Assembly (NCBI GenBank): GCA_963729895.1
Contig: CAVSQB010000025.1
Coordinates: forward strand, 16,819 to 80,818
DNA length: 64,000 bases
Direction: 5' to 3'
Source: an uncultured Fibrobacterota bacterium
Lineage (GTDB): Bacteria; Fibrobacterota; Chitinivibrionia; Chitinivibrionales; FEN-1185
Part shown: one piece after another, positions 47,014-56,105 of the stretch
How positions within the stretch are numbered: the stretch's first letter is position 1
Layout of the letters: the number at the start of each line of letters is the position of its first letter
Program-made: the position numbers and the translations under genes
The notes under the pieces: generated by a model
What the model was told of the DNA's origin: nothing
The model's input: only the letters and a program-made list of their open reading frames with translations
Databases searched by the model: none

Positions 47014-48486
47014 TTACGAACGCAAAATCCGCTGCGCCGCCCTCACACCGCACCGCATCACCTGCAAATACCCGCCGAACAAATCGGTCCAGGCATTCGC
47101 GAGCTGGATGTTTCTGATCGGCAATCTCGAAATCGCGCGCAGGTGAGCGTGCATGCCGAGCGAACAGTCGTATCCGACGATTGCGCCGCCCGGATTTCCC
47201 GTATACTCGTGGAACGTACGCGGAGTGGCGAGATCCACCACCGCGCAATGAGAGGAGATGCCGGGGCACAGCCCGTTGAGTTTTGCAAGAATGTGGTCAA
47301 TCATTCGCGCCTTTGATTCCCGGTATTCCTTGTGGGGAAGCGAAAGCCAGGGCGTGCTTCCGGCGCTGCAAACCGCGCTTATTACGGGAAGCGGCCGGGT
47401 AAGATCCGGCACGACAAGCGACATGATTTCCGGGAAAAGGGACGCGTCCTGCCCGTCGATCGTTTCATCGACGTTGCTGTTTGGGAATCCTACCGTGATG
47501 GCGCGGTCCAGGCCGAGGGCGGCGCACGAACAGTCGAGACCCGCGTGCAACTGAAGCACCGGCAAGCTGGGCCTCAGGCGCGAAAGGTGCCCCAGGAACC
47601 CCCGAGGAAGAAAATGCCGCCCCACGAGCGTATCAACCAGTGCATTTGTGTTGATGTTTGCGACAATCGCGTCCGCCGCAAGCCGCCTGCCCGCCGAAGT
47701 CGTGACGATGCGGGCCCTGCCGTTTTCGACCTCTATGGAAAGCGCCTCCTCGTTTGCAAACAGTTCCGCGCCAAGCCCCCGAAGTCTCTTGACAAGAGCA
47801 TCCGTGAGGGATTGGCCGCCGCCGGAAATGGTATACATGCCGGTGCCTGCCAGCAAAGAGAACATCATTACGAAATTGATGGCCGGAAGTTTCTTCATGG
47901 GTAGCGCAAGAAAAACGGCTGGCTGGAATACGAACAGCTTGAGCGCCGGGTCGCGGAAGAAGTTTCCCAGAAACGCGTCGGTGGAAATGGCTGCACAACG
48001 GAGAAAAACAGGCGCTTTTGGAACAAACCGCGCAATGGCGGCAAAGCGGCTGCCCCTTCCCATGAGAAGGTCGGAATATACCGGGGCGTAATGCGACATA
48101 AAGGACATGAACCGGCTTATTCCCCGCCGTTCTGCGGGGAAATAACGGATGCACGCGTCAAAGAATGCCTCGCTCCCCGCGGGAACGTCGTACCGAACGG
48201 GCCCGATCTGCATGCGCCAAGGGCTGTCGATCTTCACAAATGATACTTCAGCCGAGACGCCGAGGGCTGCAATCAGTTGTTCGAACGGTTGGTTTTTTCC
48301 GCATGCCGGGAGCGCATGAAGTGCGACGTCGAACGTGTATCCCTTGCGTTCAAACGAGGTTGAGTACCCGCCCGGCCGCGGTTGCTTTTCGATGACGGTG
48401 ACGCGCGCGCCGGCTTGCGCAAGCGCAACCGCCGCGGCAAGCCCGCCAAGCCCCGAGCCTATTACCACAACGGATTTTTCTGCCAT
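47014..48486 (-). CDS. Phytoene desaturase-family FAD oxidoreductase
   Basis: IGSGLGGLAAA..E..PGG, F.R.GYTFD, ATPRTF..YT.NPGGAI.G. Confidence 0.85.
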   Translation of the reverse strand: MAEKSVVVIGSGLGGLAAAVALAQAGARVTVIEKQPRPGGYSTSFERKGYTFDVALHALPACGKNQPFEQLIAALGVSAEVSFVKIDSPWRMQIGPVRYDVPAGSEAFFDACIRYFPAERRGISRFMSFMSHYAPVYSDLLMGRGSRFAAIARFVPKAPVFLRCAAISTDAFLGNFFRDPALKLFVFQPAVFLALPMKKLPAINFVMMFSLLAGTGMYTISGGGQSLTDALVKRLRGLGAELFANEEALSIEVENGRARIVTTSAGRRLAADAIVANINTNALVDTLVGRHFLPRGFLGHLSRLRPSLPVLQLHAGLDCSCAALGLDRAITVGFPNSNVDETIDGQDASLFPEIMSLVVPDLTRPLPVISAVCSAGSTPWLSLPHKEYRESKARMIDHILAKLNGLCPGISSHCAVVDLATPRTFHEYTGNPGGAIVGYDCSLGMHAHLRAISRLPIRNIQLANAWTDLFGGYLQVMRCGVRAAQRILRS

Positions 48487-48487
48487 G

Positions 48488-49792
48488 CGTGTTGCCTCAT
48501 AATAAAAGGTAACCGAAGGGTCAGATTCGATGCCTCACAAATGAGGTAACCGTAACAAGGTTGAAAATGGTTTTGAGTTTTCTTTCGATAGTCTTTTTTA
48601 ATTGGAATGGATTGAGAGCACGGTGGGTCAGTTCAAGGCTTTGCTTGACTTCTGAAGCTATGTAAGGTGATTCAACGATTCTTTGATAGGGAGTTTTCGG
48701 TTCTTCATAGGTCTTGCGGTATCGAGATCCTATCCGGATTTTAGATTTGAGTTTCAGCGATGGACAGAAGTGGTTTTGATAGAGAGACCACTCGTTGGCA
48801 TAGAGGTCGTTAATGAGGGGAAGCGTGTCGGGGTTTTCGATCCGATCATAACCAAGCATGTGCCTGGCCTGCGCCCAGTTTTTCTGTTCGACATGGGCGT
48901 TGTCGTTTTTCTTGTAGGGACGTGACCGGGTGAACTTTACAGGGTCTTGTCGCACGGCGAAGTAGCGTTCGAGATGATAGTTGAGGAACTCAGACCCGTT
49001 ATCACAGTCAAAGCCACGCAGGGCAAAAGGTATTCGTCGTTCGATGTCTTTAACCTGCTCAATGACACCCTGGGAGCCCTTATTCCACACAGCACGGCCT
49101 TCGGTCCAAGCAGTATGGATGTCAGTCATGATAAGGCTCCACACAAATTCTCCGGCAAGGCTGGTGCCGCAATGGGCAACCGTATCCGCCTCCATGAATC
49201 CAGGCTGGGTAATATCCCAGTTGTCGGTACGGATGGGGATTTGATTGCGCAGCATGGAGCCGGGCTTGGTGCCGCACAATCCCTTGCCCATACGCGTACG
49301 TAAAGGGCATAGGACGCGGTCAAGCGTGGAGCGGCTGACAGAGAGGAGCCGCGCACGGACTTCCTCGGAAAGCAGTTCAAAGGATTGTTCGTAGAATGGC
49401 AGCCATACTGGAATGACAACCTTAAGGCGGCGAGAGCACATGAAATCAGAGGCTTTCCAGATGTACTGTAACGCCTTAATAAAAAGCGGTTCAGCATATA
49501 AGGGTCTTCTTCCACGCTTGGCTTTTTGTTTCTGTTTGCGTTTTCCAAGTAGCCGGATAGCGTACTTGCGATTGTATCGGCAAATCGCACAAAACTCATC
49601 GAGAATCTGCTTTTTGCCGGCTCTGTTGGAATGGGCATATCGTTGTCGTATCGCTTCCCGATATGCTTCTTTTTCTTTGTGCCCCATAGTGGTAACCCCC
49701 TTTTTTCTTGGGTTACCTTAATTATGAGGCAACGAATCAATTGGTGCGTGTTTCGATTAAGCCTTCGGTTACATTTAATTTGAGGCAATGCG
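48488..49792 (-). mobile_element. ISNCY-like insertion sequence with ~31-bp imperfect TIRs and CATG flanks
   Basis: cgtgttgcctcataataaaaggtaaccgaagg vs cgcattgcctcaaattaaatgtaaccgaagg; CATG at 48484-87 and 49793-96; each end has two GCCTCA...GTAACC units. Confidence 0.85.
48521..49687 (-). CDS. DDE (rve/integrase-core) transposase
   Basis: YNRKYAIRLL, EADTVAHCG, DCDNGSEF, RSRPYKKNDNAHVEQKN; intact ORF. Confidence 0.9.
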   Translation of the reverse strand: MGHKEKEAYREAIRQRYAHSNRAGKKQILDEFCAICRYNRKYAIRLLGKRKQKQKAKRGRRPLYAEPLFIKALQYIWKASDFMCSRRLKVVIPVWLPFYEQSFELLSEEVRARLLSVSRSTLDRVLCPLRTRMGKGLCGTKPGSMLRNQIPIRTDNWDITQPGFMEADTVAHCGTSLAGEFVWSLIMTDIHTAWTEGRAVWNKGSQGVIEQVKDIERRIPFALRGFDCDNGSEFLNYHLERYFAVRQDPVKFTRSRPYKKNDNAHVEQKNWAQARHMLGYDRIENPDTLPLINDLYANEWSLYQNHFCPSLKLKSKIRIGSRYRKTYEEPKTPYQRIVESPYIASEVKQSLELTHRALNPFQLKKTIERKLKTIFNLVTVTSFVRHRI

Positions 49793-49896
49793 CATGCTCT
49801 GATTTGGGTTGAATCTGGTTGAAACGGGTGATAGTATTATATATTGTAGACAAAACAGCCCCGGTTAAAATACGTCACCAGACAAGGACCGCGCGT

Positions 49897-51219
49897 ATGA
49901 AAAGTTCGAACCAGTTCGGATTTTCCCTGATGTTCTTCTTCGCACTCCTTCTGTCATCCGGAGTTTCCTGGGGTCAATACGGTTCCTTGAACGTAGCTCC
50001 GCCCGCATCGCCGAAAACGCCCGGAAAAACCAATATCGCCGTTATCAACATGAAGAACACGTCGGGCGTCACCTCGGGAGAAATTGAGGTAATCAGCGAC
50101 AGGCTCAGGGGCGAGCTGTTTAATACGGGGAAAGTTAACGTGATGGAGCGCGACCAGATGCAGGAGATACTTAAGGAGCAGGGGTTCCAGCAGTCGGGCG
50201 CCTGCACCAACGAGGCGTGCATGGTGGAAATGGGTCAGTTGCTCGGCGTGGAGCAGCTTATCACCGGATCGCTCGGCAAGGTGGGATCCATGTTTCTTGT
50301 CAACCTCCGCGTGATAGACGTAAAAACCGCAAAGATCGTTAAGGTGGTATCTGTGGACATAAAGGGGGATCTCGAGGAGGTTGTGTCGCAGCTTCCCGGT
50401 ATCGCGTCACAGCTCGTGGCGCCCGTTGTGCAGAACGAGCAACCGGTGGCGCTTGAAAAGAAGGAAGAGGAAAAACCCGCTGAACCGAAGAAAGAGGAAT
50501 CGAAGGTGGAAAAGAGGCCGGAAGTTACGGATGAGCGGAAGGAAAGGAACAAGAACCGCTCGGGTGTGCGGCTTGCGTTTAATTTGTATGGCAATGGGCT
50601 TATTGCAAAGACTCACGTCATGCATTATGACGAGTATGGAAATAGCACGGGCACCGACGTGTATACGGCTGCCGACAGCCTCTACACATTTTCGCCTTTG
50701 ATTAATCCTCAGATCAAGTTTTTTTTCAGGGCGGGACCGTTTATCACGATAGACGTGGGCCCCAGCTATGCCTACGAGGCGATCGAATCCAAGTACGGCG
50801 GGAATGAAAACGGATACTATTACCAATACGGAGACTATCTCAATGTTTTTGGGCTGGCTGTCGGCGTCAATTTTGTCAAGCGCTGGTATCCGGTTAAAAT
50901 GAACGTAGGATTAATGCTGGATTTCAATGGCCTTCTGAATATGGAAGAATACAAGTTTACCGATCCGACTTACACAGGAAATCCGGATTCGACTTCCCTC
51001 CATTACTCCGCAAACGCTTCGTTCGGCCTGCGGGCCGGTGCGGAGATAATGGTTGGAAAACATGTCGGCTTCAACCTGGATTTGCTTTTCCAGTATTCCT
51101 ATTTTGAAACCGAGCAGGATGAATATGATTCTCCCGACGGCACCTACTACAACAAATGGTTCCTGAGCTACCTTTTGCCAATGTTTGGCATCGGTTTCGG
51201 GGTGAATTATTACTACTGA
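49897..51219 (+). CDS. CsgG-like domain fused to an outer-membrane beta-barrel-like domain
   Basis: Same ISDRLR.EL...ILKEQGFQQSG.C domain as 1703; charged linker; aromatic beta strands ending GVNYYY. Confidence 0.75.
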   Translation: MKSSNQFGFSLMFFFALLLSSGVSWGQYGSLNVAPPASPKTPGKTNIAVINMKNTSGVTSGEIEVISDRLRGELFNTGKVNVMERDQMQEILKEQGFQQSGACTNEACMVEMGQLLGVEQLITGSLGKVGSMFLVNLRVIDVKTAKIVKVVSVDIKGDLEEVVSQLPGIASQLVAPVVQNEQPVALEKKEEEKPAEPKKEESKVEKRPEVTDERKERNKNRSGVRLAFNLYGNGLIAKTHVMHYDEYGNSTGTDVYTAADSLYTFSPLINPQIKFFFRAGPFITIDVGPSYAYEAIESKYGGNENGYYYQYGDYLNVFGLAVGVNFVKRWYPVKMNVGLMLDFNGLLNMEEYKFTDPTYTGNPDSTSLHYSANASFGLRAGAEIMVGKHVGFNLDLLFQYSYFETEQDEYDSPDGTYYNKWFLSYLLPMFGIGFGVNYYY

Positions 51220-51382
51220 CGCAAAAGGGGAGCCTTCTTGCTTATAGGCACTCCACGAAGCTCTCGTAGCCCTCTCGATGCTGCCATTGCCGCAAAGCCA
51301 AGCAACGTCGAAGATTAGAATTTGTCTCCGCATCCGATCGTGAGCAAAAGCAAACTACGCCATAGCGGTCCCGTATCGACGG

Positions 51383-52276
51383 TCAATTGCCCAGATAGAA
51401 TACTGCAATCGCCCCAACCATTAACAATCCTGCAAGTATTCTGAACAACAACACCGGCGCCGACACTTTTTCTTCAATATGCCCATACCCCCGTTGGGCC
51501 ACATACGATCCGGCGCCGATGGACAGAACGCCCCGCGCCGATTGAACGATGTTGCCGAACACCACGCCGATGCTGCCGAAACAACCGAACAGGAAAAGAA
51601 TGCCCGCATACCAGAACACCGCAAACGGCAATGCCGCTTTCCATCGTGATACGGTGTTGACGCGAAAGAACGGGAGGCACGCTGTCGCCGCGAGTGCGCA
51701 CACGAGGTAACAAAGACAGGTGCTGAGCACCGATGCGGAGAAAAGGCCGAGATAGCTGAACCGCGAAATCAGCTGTTTGATACAGAGGTCGGACAGCGAG
51801 TAAAAGAAACATGCGCCAAGCACCCATGCCCAGCCCGCTACCGTCATGCGGGCGCCGAGCAGGCCAAGCAGGTATGCCGCTCCGATGCTGAGCGCAATGC
51901 CGCACCATTGGAGCAGGGAAAAATGCCGGCCGAGAAACGCGATGCTTATTATGGCAAGGATTATGATTTTGAGCCCGAGCAGCGGCGATATCCGCGACGC
52001 ATCTTCGGTCTTGAGCGCGAGGAAGAAACATGCCTGCGCAGCCAAGTATGAGGCAGCGCCGAAGAAAAGTGGAAACGCGTAACTCGAAAGGAGGGGCATT
52101 TTTCCCGGAATGAAAAACGGCAGCAAAACCAGAGAAAAGACGCCCATGATACAGTGGCCCGCAGCGAGAAGGCCGATGGTACTCTTTTCGAACGCCGCCA
52201 CGTAGCGTTTGGAAAACAAGTATGAGCCGGACTGGAACATTGCAGCGGCAAAGCCGAGCAGGATGCCGGTTATCAT
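51383..52276 (-). CDS. EamA/DMT-family transporter
   Basis: About 10 TM segments; ALK..DASRISPL; ATGA overlap with the upstream radical SAM stop. Confidence 0.8.
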   Translation of the reverse strand: MITGILLGFAAAMFQSGSYLFSKRYVAAFEKSTIGLLAAGHCIMGVFSLVLLPFFIPGKMPLLSSYAFPLFFGAASYLAAQACFFLALKTEDASRISPLLGLKIIILAIISIAFLGRHFSLLQWCGIALSIGAAYLLGLLGARMTVAGWAWVLGACFFYSLSDLCIKQLISRFSYLGLFSASVLSTCLCYLVCALAATACLPFFRVNTVSRWKAALPFAVFWYAGILFLFGCFGSIGVVFGNIVQSARGVLSIGAGSYVAQRGYGHIEEKVSAPVLLFRILAGLLMVGAIAVFYLGN

Positions 52277-53700
52277 CGCGCGGTTCGCCTGTTCATGGAG
52301 AGCGCGTAGGCAAGAAAGGCTGCGCCGTGCTTGACAAGGCGCAGATAACTGTGCGGGCATTCGATCAGCATTCTGCGGTAGATTTTCCGCATGTACGCGC
52401 GTTGGTAAAACGCCTTGATGAATTCGCGGTAACGGAACTCGAGCGTTTCGCGCGAAGCCATTTCCCGGGGAACAAAGACAAAATGCTCGCAGTCCATCTT
52501 TGGCCACTCGTCTTCGAATTCTCCGAGCGACCGGATTCCCGCAGCAATGGGCGCTCCGGGAAAAGGTGTGAAAGCCGTGATGTTTGCGTCCTTGAGGGGA
52601 AGCGACAAAGCCAAATCCCGCGTCTTGACAATAGATTCTTTATTCTCTCCTGGAAACCCCATCATGAACAGGCCTTTCACGTACAGCCCGCCGGCCGCGA
52701 TTTTTTGGGTATCGCGGCGTATTACCTCAAGGGTCAGCCCGCTCTTGTGCCGGTCGAGAAGCGCCTGGTCGCCGCTCTCGATGCCGACGTTTACCATAAA
52801 GCACCCGGCGCCCTTGAGAAGGCCGATAAGCTCGTCGTCGACGTGGCCGAGACGCACGATGCAGTTGAAGCTCACCCGCGGCCGTATGTCGATAAGAAGG
52901 CCGCACAGCCGCGCAACGCGCTCCCGGTTGAGCGTAAAGAGGTCATCGTAGAAATTGATGTGCCGCACGCCGAAGTCCCTTGCAAGATGAGAAACAAGCC
53001 CGGCCGTGTATTCAGGCGAATTGAACCGGAACCCCTTTCCGAACACCGAACGGTCGCAGTAGGAGCATTGGTACACGCACCCGCGCGACGAGATGACGTT
53101 CGCGCCGGGATGTCGGGGATACGAAAACAGCGGCATCACATAGCGTTTGGGGAACCCGGTCAAGAGGTCGTAGGCCGGATACGGCAGGTTGTCCATCTCG
53201 CACATTACCGGCGCGGGCCCGTGATCGATGGCCGCGCCGTTGCGGAAGCACAGGCCTTCCACCTGAGGATGTGGAACTCCGTTGACAAGTTTGAGCATGG
53301 AATACTCGCCTTCACCGGCAACAACGAAATCGATGTCGGGGAAGTTCTTCAAGATGAACTCTTTTCCCCACGAGACGTGCACGCCGCCGAATACGGTTTG
53401 TATTGCGGCGCTCTTCAGCTTTGTCAGCCGTGCGACCTCATATGCGTCAAGAAAGGACGAGGTAATGGAAGAAAGTCCCACGAAATCCGGGCGAAGGTCT
53501 GCGATCCTCTGCGCCCACCCTTCGTTGGAAACCGCATTGTCGAGCGCAGCGTCAAAAATTTCCACCTTGTGGCCGGCTTCGCGTACTACGGCGGCAATTG
53601 ATGCAAGACCAATGGGGGGCATGACGCAGGCGAGAGTGTGAAGACGCCGTGACTGTGGGTCAAGGGTGAAGCCGCGCGGGTTGAACAGTATAACTTTCAT
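52273..53700 (-). CDS. B12-binding radical SAM protein
   Basis: PPIGLASIAA, GGVH, GEGE, SSRGCVYQCSYC, FYDDLF, GIESG. Confidence 0.92.
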   Translation of the reverse strand: MKVILFNPRGFTLDPQSRRLHTLACVMPPIGLASIAAVVREAGHKVEIFDAALDNAVSNEGWAQRIADLRPDFVGLSSITSSFLDAYEVARLTKLKSAAIQTVFGGVHVSWGKEFILKNFPDIDFVVAGEGEYSMLKLVNGVPHPQVEGLCFRNGAAIDHGPAPVMCEMDNLPYPAYDLLTGFPKRYVMPLFSYPRHPGANVISSRGCVYQCSYCDRSVFGKGFRFNSPEYTAGLVSHLARDFGVRHINFYDDLFTLNRERVARLCGLLIDIRPRVSFNCIVRLGHVDDELIGLLKGAGCFMVNVGIESGDQALLDRHKSGLTLEVIRRDTQKIAAGGLYVKGLFMMGFPGENKESIVKTRDLALSLPLKDANITAFTPFPGAPIAAGIRSLGEFEDEWPKMDCEHFVFVPREMASRETLEFRYREFIKAFYQRAYMRKIYRRMLIECPHSYLRLVKHGAAFLAYALSMNRRTAR

Positions 53701-53774
53701 TCATTTGATCCTATGCAGGTACTGCACAATCAAGACAGGGAACGGTTTGCACGTAACTGTCAACTCTGTCGCTT

Positions 53775-55139
53775 TCACCTCGCCAAGAATTCCCACAACG
53801 GCCCGACCACACCCAGTGCTCGCAGATTCTTCACCACCTTCGCGTTTTCTTCCGGAAGTTCCCCAATCACCCAGTTTCTTGATTCCTGCGAGAAGGCTTC
53901 GAGCAGGGAGAAGATTTTATGTTTTGTCAAGCTCGGGGAGATATAGAAGGACGGCGGAAGCAGGTCCGTTTCCCTCGTAATAACGCCTTCGGAACGTGCG
54001 CGATCGTACAAGGTTGTCTGGGGATATATCCGCATTCCAACAAAAGGAAAATGAACCGTCTTCCTGAGCCGTTTGGAATTTTCAAAGCTTTCCTGCATTG
54101 TTCTCTCGGTTTCGCCCGGCCCGCCCACGATAAGAAAGTGAGCGTAGTGAATTTCTTCCCGGCGGGCGTATTCGCTGGAGTTGAACACGTCGCCGAAGGT
54201 GAAATGCTTGCCATAATCGGAAAGGACGCTGTCGGAAAAACTGTCGGATCCGAATTCAATATGAGAAAGTCCTGCCCGCGCCATGAGATTCATGAGCTTC
54301 CTCGTAAGGCCCTGCGGCCGCAGAAAGCACCCCCATGAAAGCTTCAGGTTTCGCCTGAGCATTTCTTCACATACGGCAGTAACATGACCGGGCGACGAAT
54401 TGAACACCGAATCGACAATGAAGAAATAGCGTGCGCCGGATTCCGCTATCTGTGCCAATTCGTCGCCGATTGCGCCAGGGTTCTTCAGCCTTACCGTGGT
54501 TCCTTCGATGACCGGATAGGTGCAGTAACAGCATGTGTACGCGCAGCCTCGTTGCGTCTGCACGTTCAGCATAGAGCTTTTGTCAACGTAGAACCGGACA
54601 AGATCGGGGGGAAGAATAGGCGGTACTATTCTAGAATGTTCGCACGGCTTTTGAGGATTGACGATGATCCCGGATTGATCGCGGAACACCAGTCCGGGAA
54701 TCCGACCGAACTGCCGTTCGCCGGAAAGAGCATCAAGAAGGAGAACAAAAGACTCTTCACCCTCTCCCGCAATCCCGAAATCCGCGCCCGACTCAGCAAG
54801 AAGCTTTTGAGGAAACAGCGCAAACCCGCTCCCGCCGATGATTACGGGAGCCTTGGTGAGTGAGCGGATTCTTTGGGAAAGAACGGAAAGTTCCTCCGTA
54901 AAAGAACGTGTGTTTCGGATCTGGAGGTCGTCTATGTTTCGAAGAGAAAGGCCCACAAAGTCGGGATCAAATGAACGGACGGATTTTTCAATCGGTTCGG
55001 CGTCGACTGCACCGTCGGCCATCTTAACCAGGTGTCCTTCACGGGACAATGCCGCGGCGACATGCGCGAGCCCCAGGGGAAAAACCGGGTAGGGCGTTGT
55101 GCACCGGTTCACGCTGACAAGAAGGATTTTTGAGGGCAT
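53775..55139 (-). CDS. B12-binding radical SAM protein (lipid-biosynthesis-associated type)
   Basis: PYPVFPLGL, LSLRNIDD, GGSGF, QTQRGCAYTCCYCTYP.IEG, DSVFN. Confidence 0.9.
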   Translation of the reverse strand: MPSKILLVSVNRCTTPYPVFPLGLAHVAAALSREGHLVKMADGAVDAEPIEKSVRSFDPDFVGLSLRNIDDLQIRNTRSFTEELSVLSQRIRSLTKAPVIIGGSGFALFPQKLLAESGADFGIAGEGEESFVLLLDALSGERQFGRIPGLVFRDQSGIIVNPQKPCEHSRIVPPILPPDLVRFYVDKSSMLNVQTQRGCAYTCCYCTYPVIEGTTVRLKNPGAIGDELAQIAESGARYFFIVDSVFNSSPGHVTAVCEEMLRRNLKLSWGCFLRPQGLTRKLMNLMARAGLSHIEFGSDSFSDSVLSDYGKHFTFGDVFNSSEYARREEIHYAHFLIVGGPGETERTMQESFENSKRLRKTVHFPFVGMRIYPQTTLYDRARSEGVITRETDLLPPSFYISPSLTKHKIFSLLEAFSQESRNWVIGELPEENAKVVKNLRALGVVGPLWEFLAR

Positions 55140-55379
55140 GTACGTACATGATCCTGACAATAGCCGTGAATTCGTTTCTTGCTTTTCGCGGTCGGGGCGG
55201 CACCAACCGACCCGGGCAAAGCGAGGGTAATGCCCGGCTCTCTCCAAACAAGAAGTTCAAGAGTCCAAAACTACCTGATCGCGGTTACAATCTGCAAGAA
55301 TGCCCTTCTTGCACACGGAACCTACGTGTGTTATTTTGACAGGACAGGCGACCATTCCCTTCACCCTGTAAGGGGCGCT

Positions 55380-56102
55380 ATGCCGCACGACAACGTTCTT
55401 GTCATCATGCCCACATACAACGAACGCGAAAATATCGGGCTGATTATCCCCGAAATCAAGTCCCTGCTTCCGGACGTGCACATTCTCGTGGTGGACGACA
55501 ACTCGCCCGACGGCACTTCGCAGTTTGTTAAGGAGCTCGCCAGGAAATATACGGGAGTGTTCGTGCTCGACAGGCCGGCCAAGGAAGGCCTCGGCAAGGC
55601 ATATGTGAGCGGGTTCGCCTGGGCGCTTGATCGATCCTACGAATTTATTTTCGAAATGGACGCCGATTTTTCGCACGATCCCAAGTACCTGCCCGATTTT
55701 CTGTCGGCGATTCAGGACAAGGACCTGGTAATTGGCTCGCGGTATATTCGGGGCGTCAACGTGGTGAACTGGCCCATGAGCAGACTTTTGCTCAGCTATT
55801 TCGGCAACCTTGTCGCACGGATCATCACCGGCATCCCGGTGCGCGATTGCACCGCGGGTTTCAAATGTTTCCGCCGGAGGGTGCTCGAGACAATCCGGCT
55901 CCACCAAATCGATTCCTCCGGATATTCGTTCCAGGTGGAGGTGAATTATCTTGCGTGGAAGAACAAGTTCAGAATTGCGGAAATCCCCATTGTTTTTACA
56001 GACAGGAGACGCGGCGTATCGAAGATGTCCACCAAGATCGTCCGCGAGGCTCTCATTCTCATCTGGAAGCTTCGCCTTCTGTCGGCTTTCAACAGGATAT
56101 AG
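55380..56102 (+). CDS. Polyprenol-phosphate mannose synthase-like GT2
   Basis: PTYNERENI, VDDNSPDGT, GLGKAY, EMDADFSHDP, DRRRGVSKMS. Confidence 0.9.
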   Translation: MPHDNVLVIMPTYNERENIGLIIPEIKSLLPDVHILVVDDNSPDGTSQFVKELARKYTGVFVLDRPAKEGLGKAYVSGFAWALDRSYEFIFEMDADFSHDPKYLPDFLSAIQDKDLVIGSRYIRGVNVVNWPMSRLLLSYFGNLVARIITGIPVRDCTAGFKCFRRRVLETIRLHQIDSSGYSFQVEVNYLAWKNKFRIAEIPIVFTDRRRGVSKMSTKIVREALILIWKLRLLSAFNRI

Positions 56103-56105
56103 CCG

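Noticed and set aside
47014..48486. Carotenoid biosynthesis (crtI)
   Set aside because: No crtB/crtE nearby; the family contains many non-carotenoid oxidoreductases, so no symbol was assigned.
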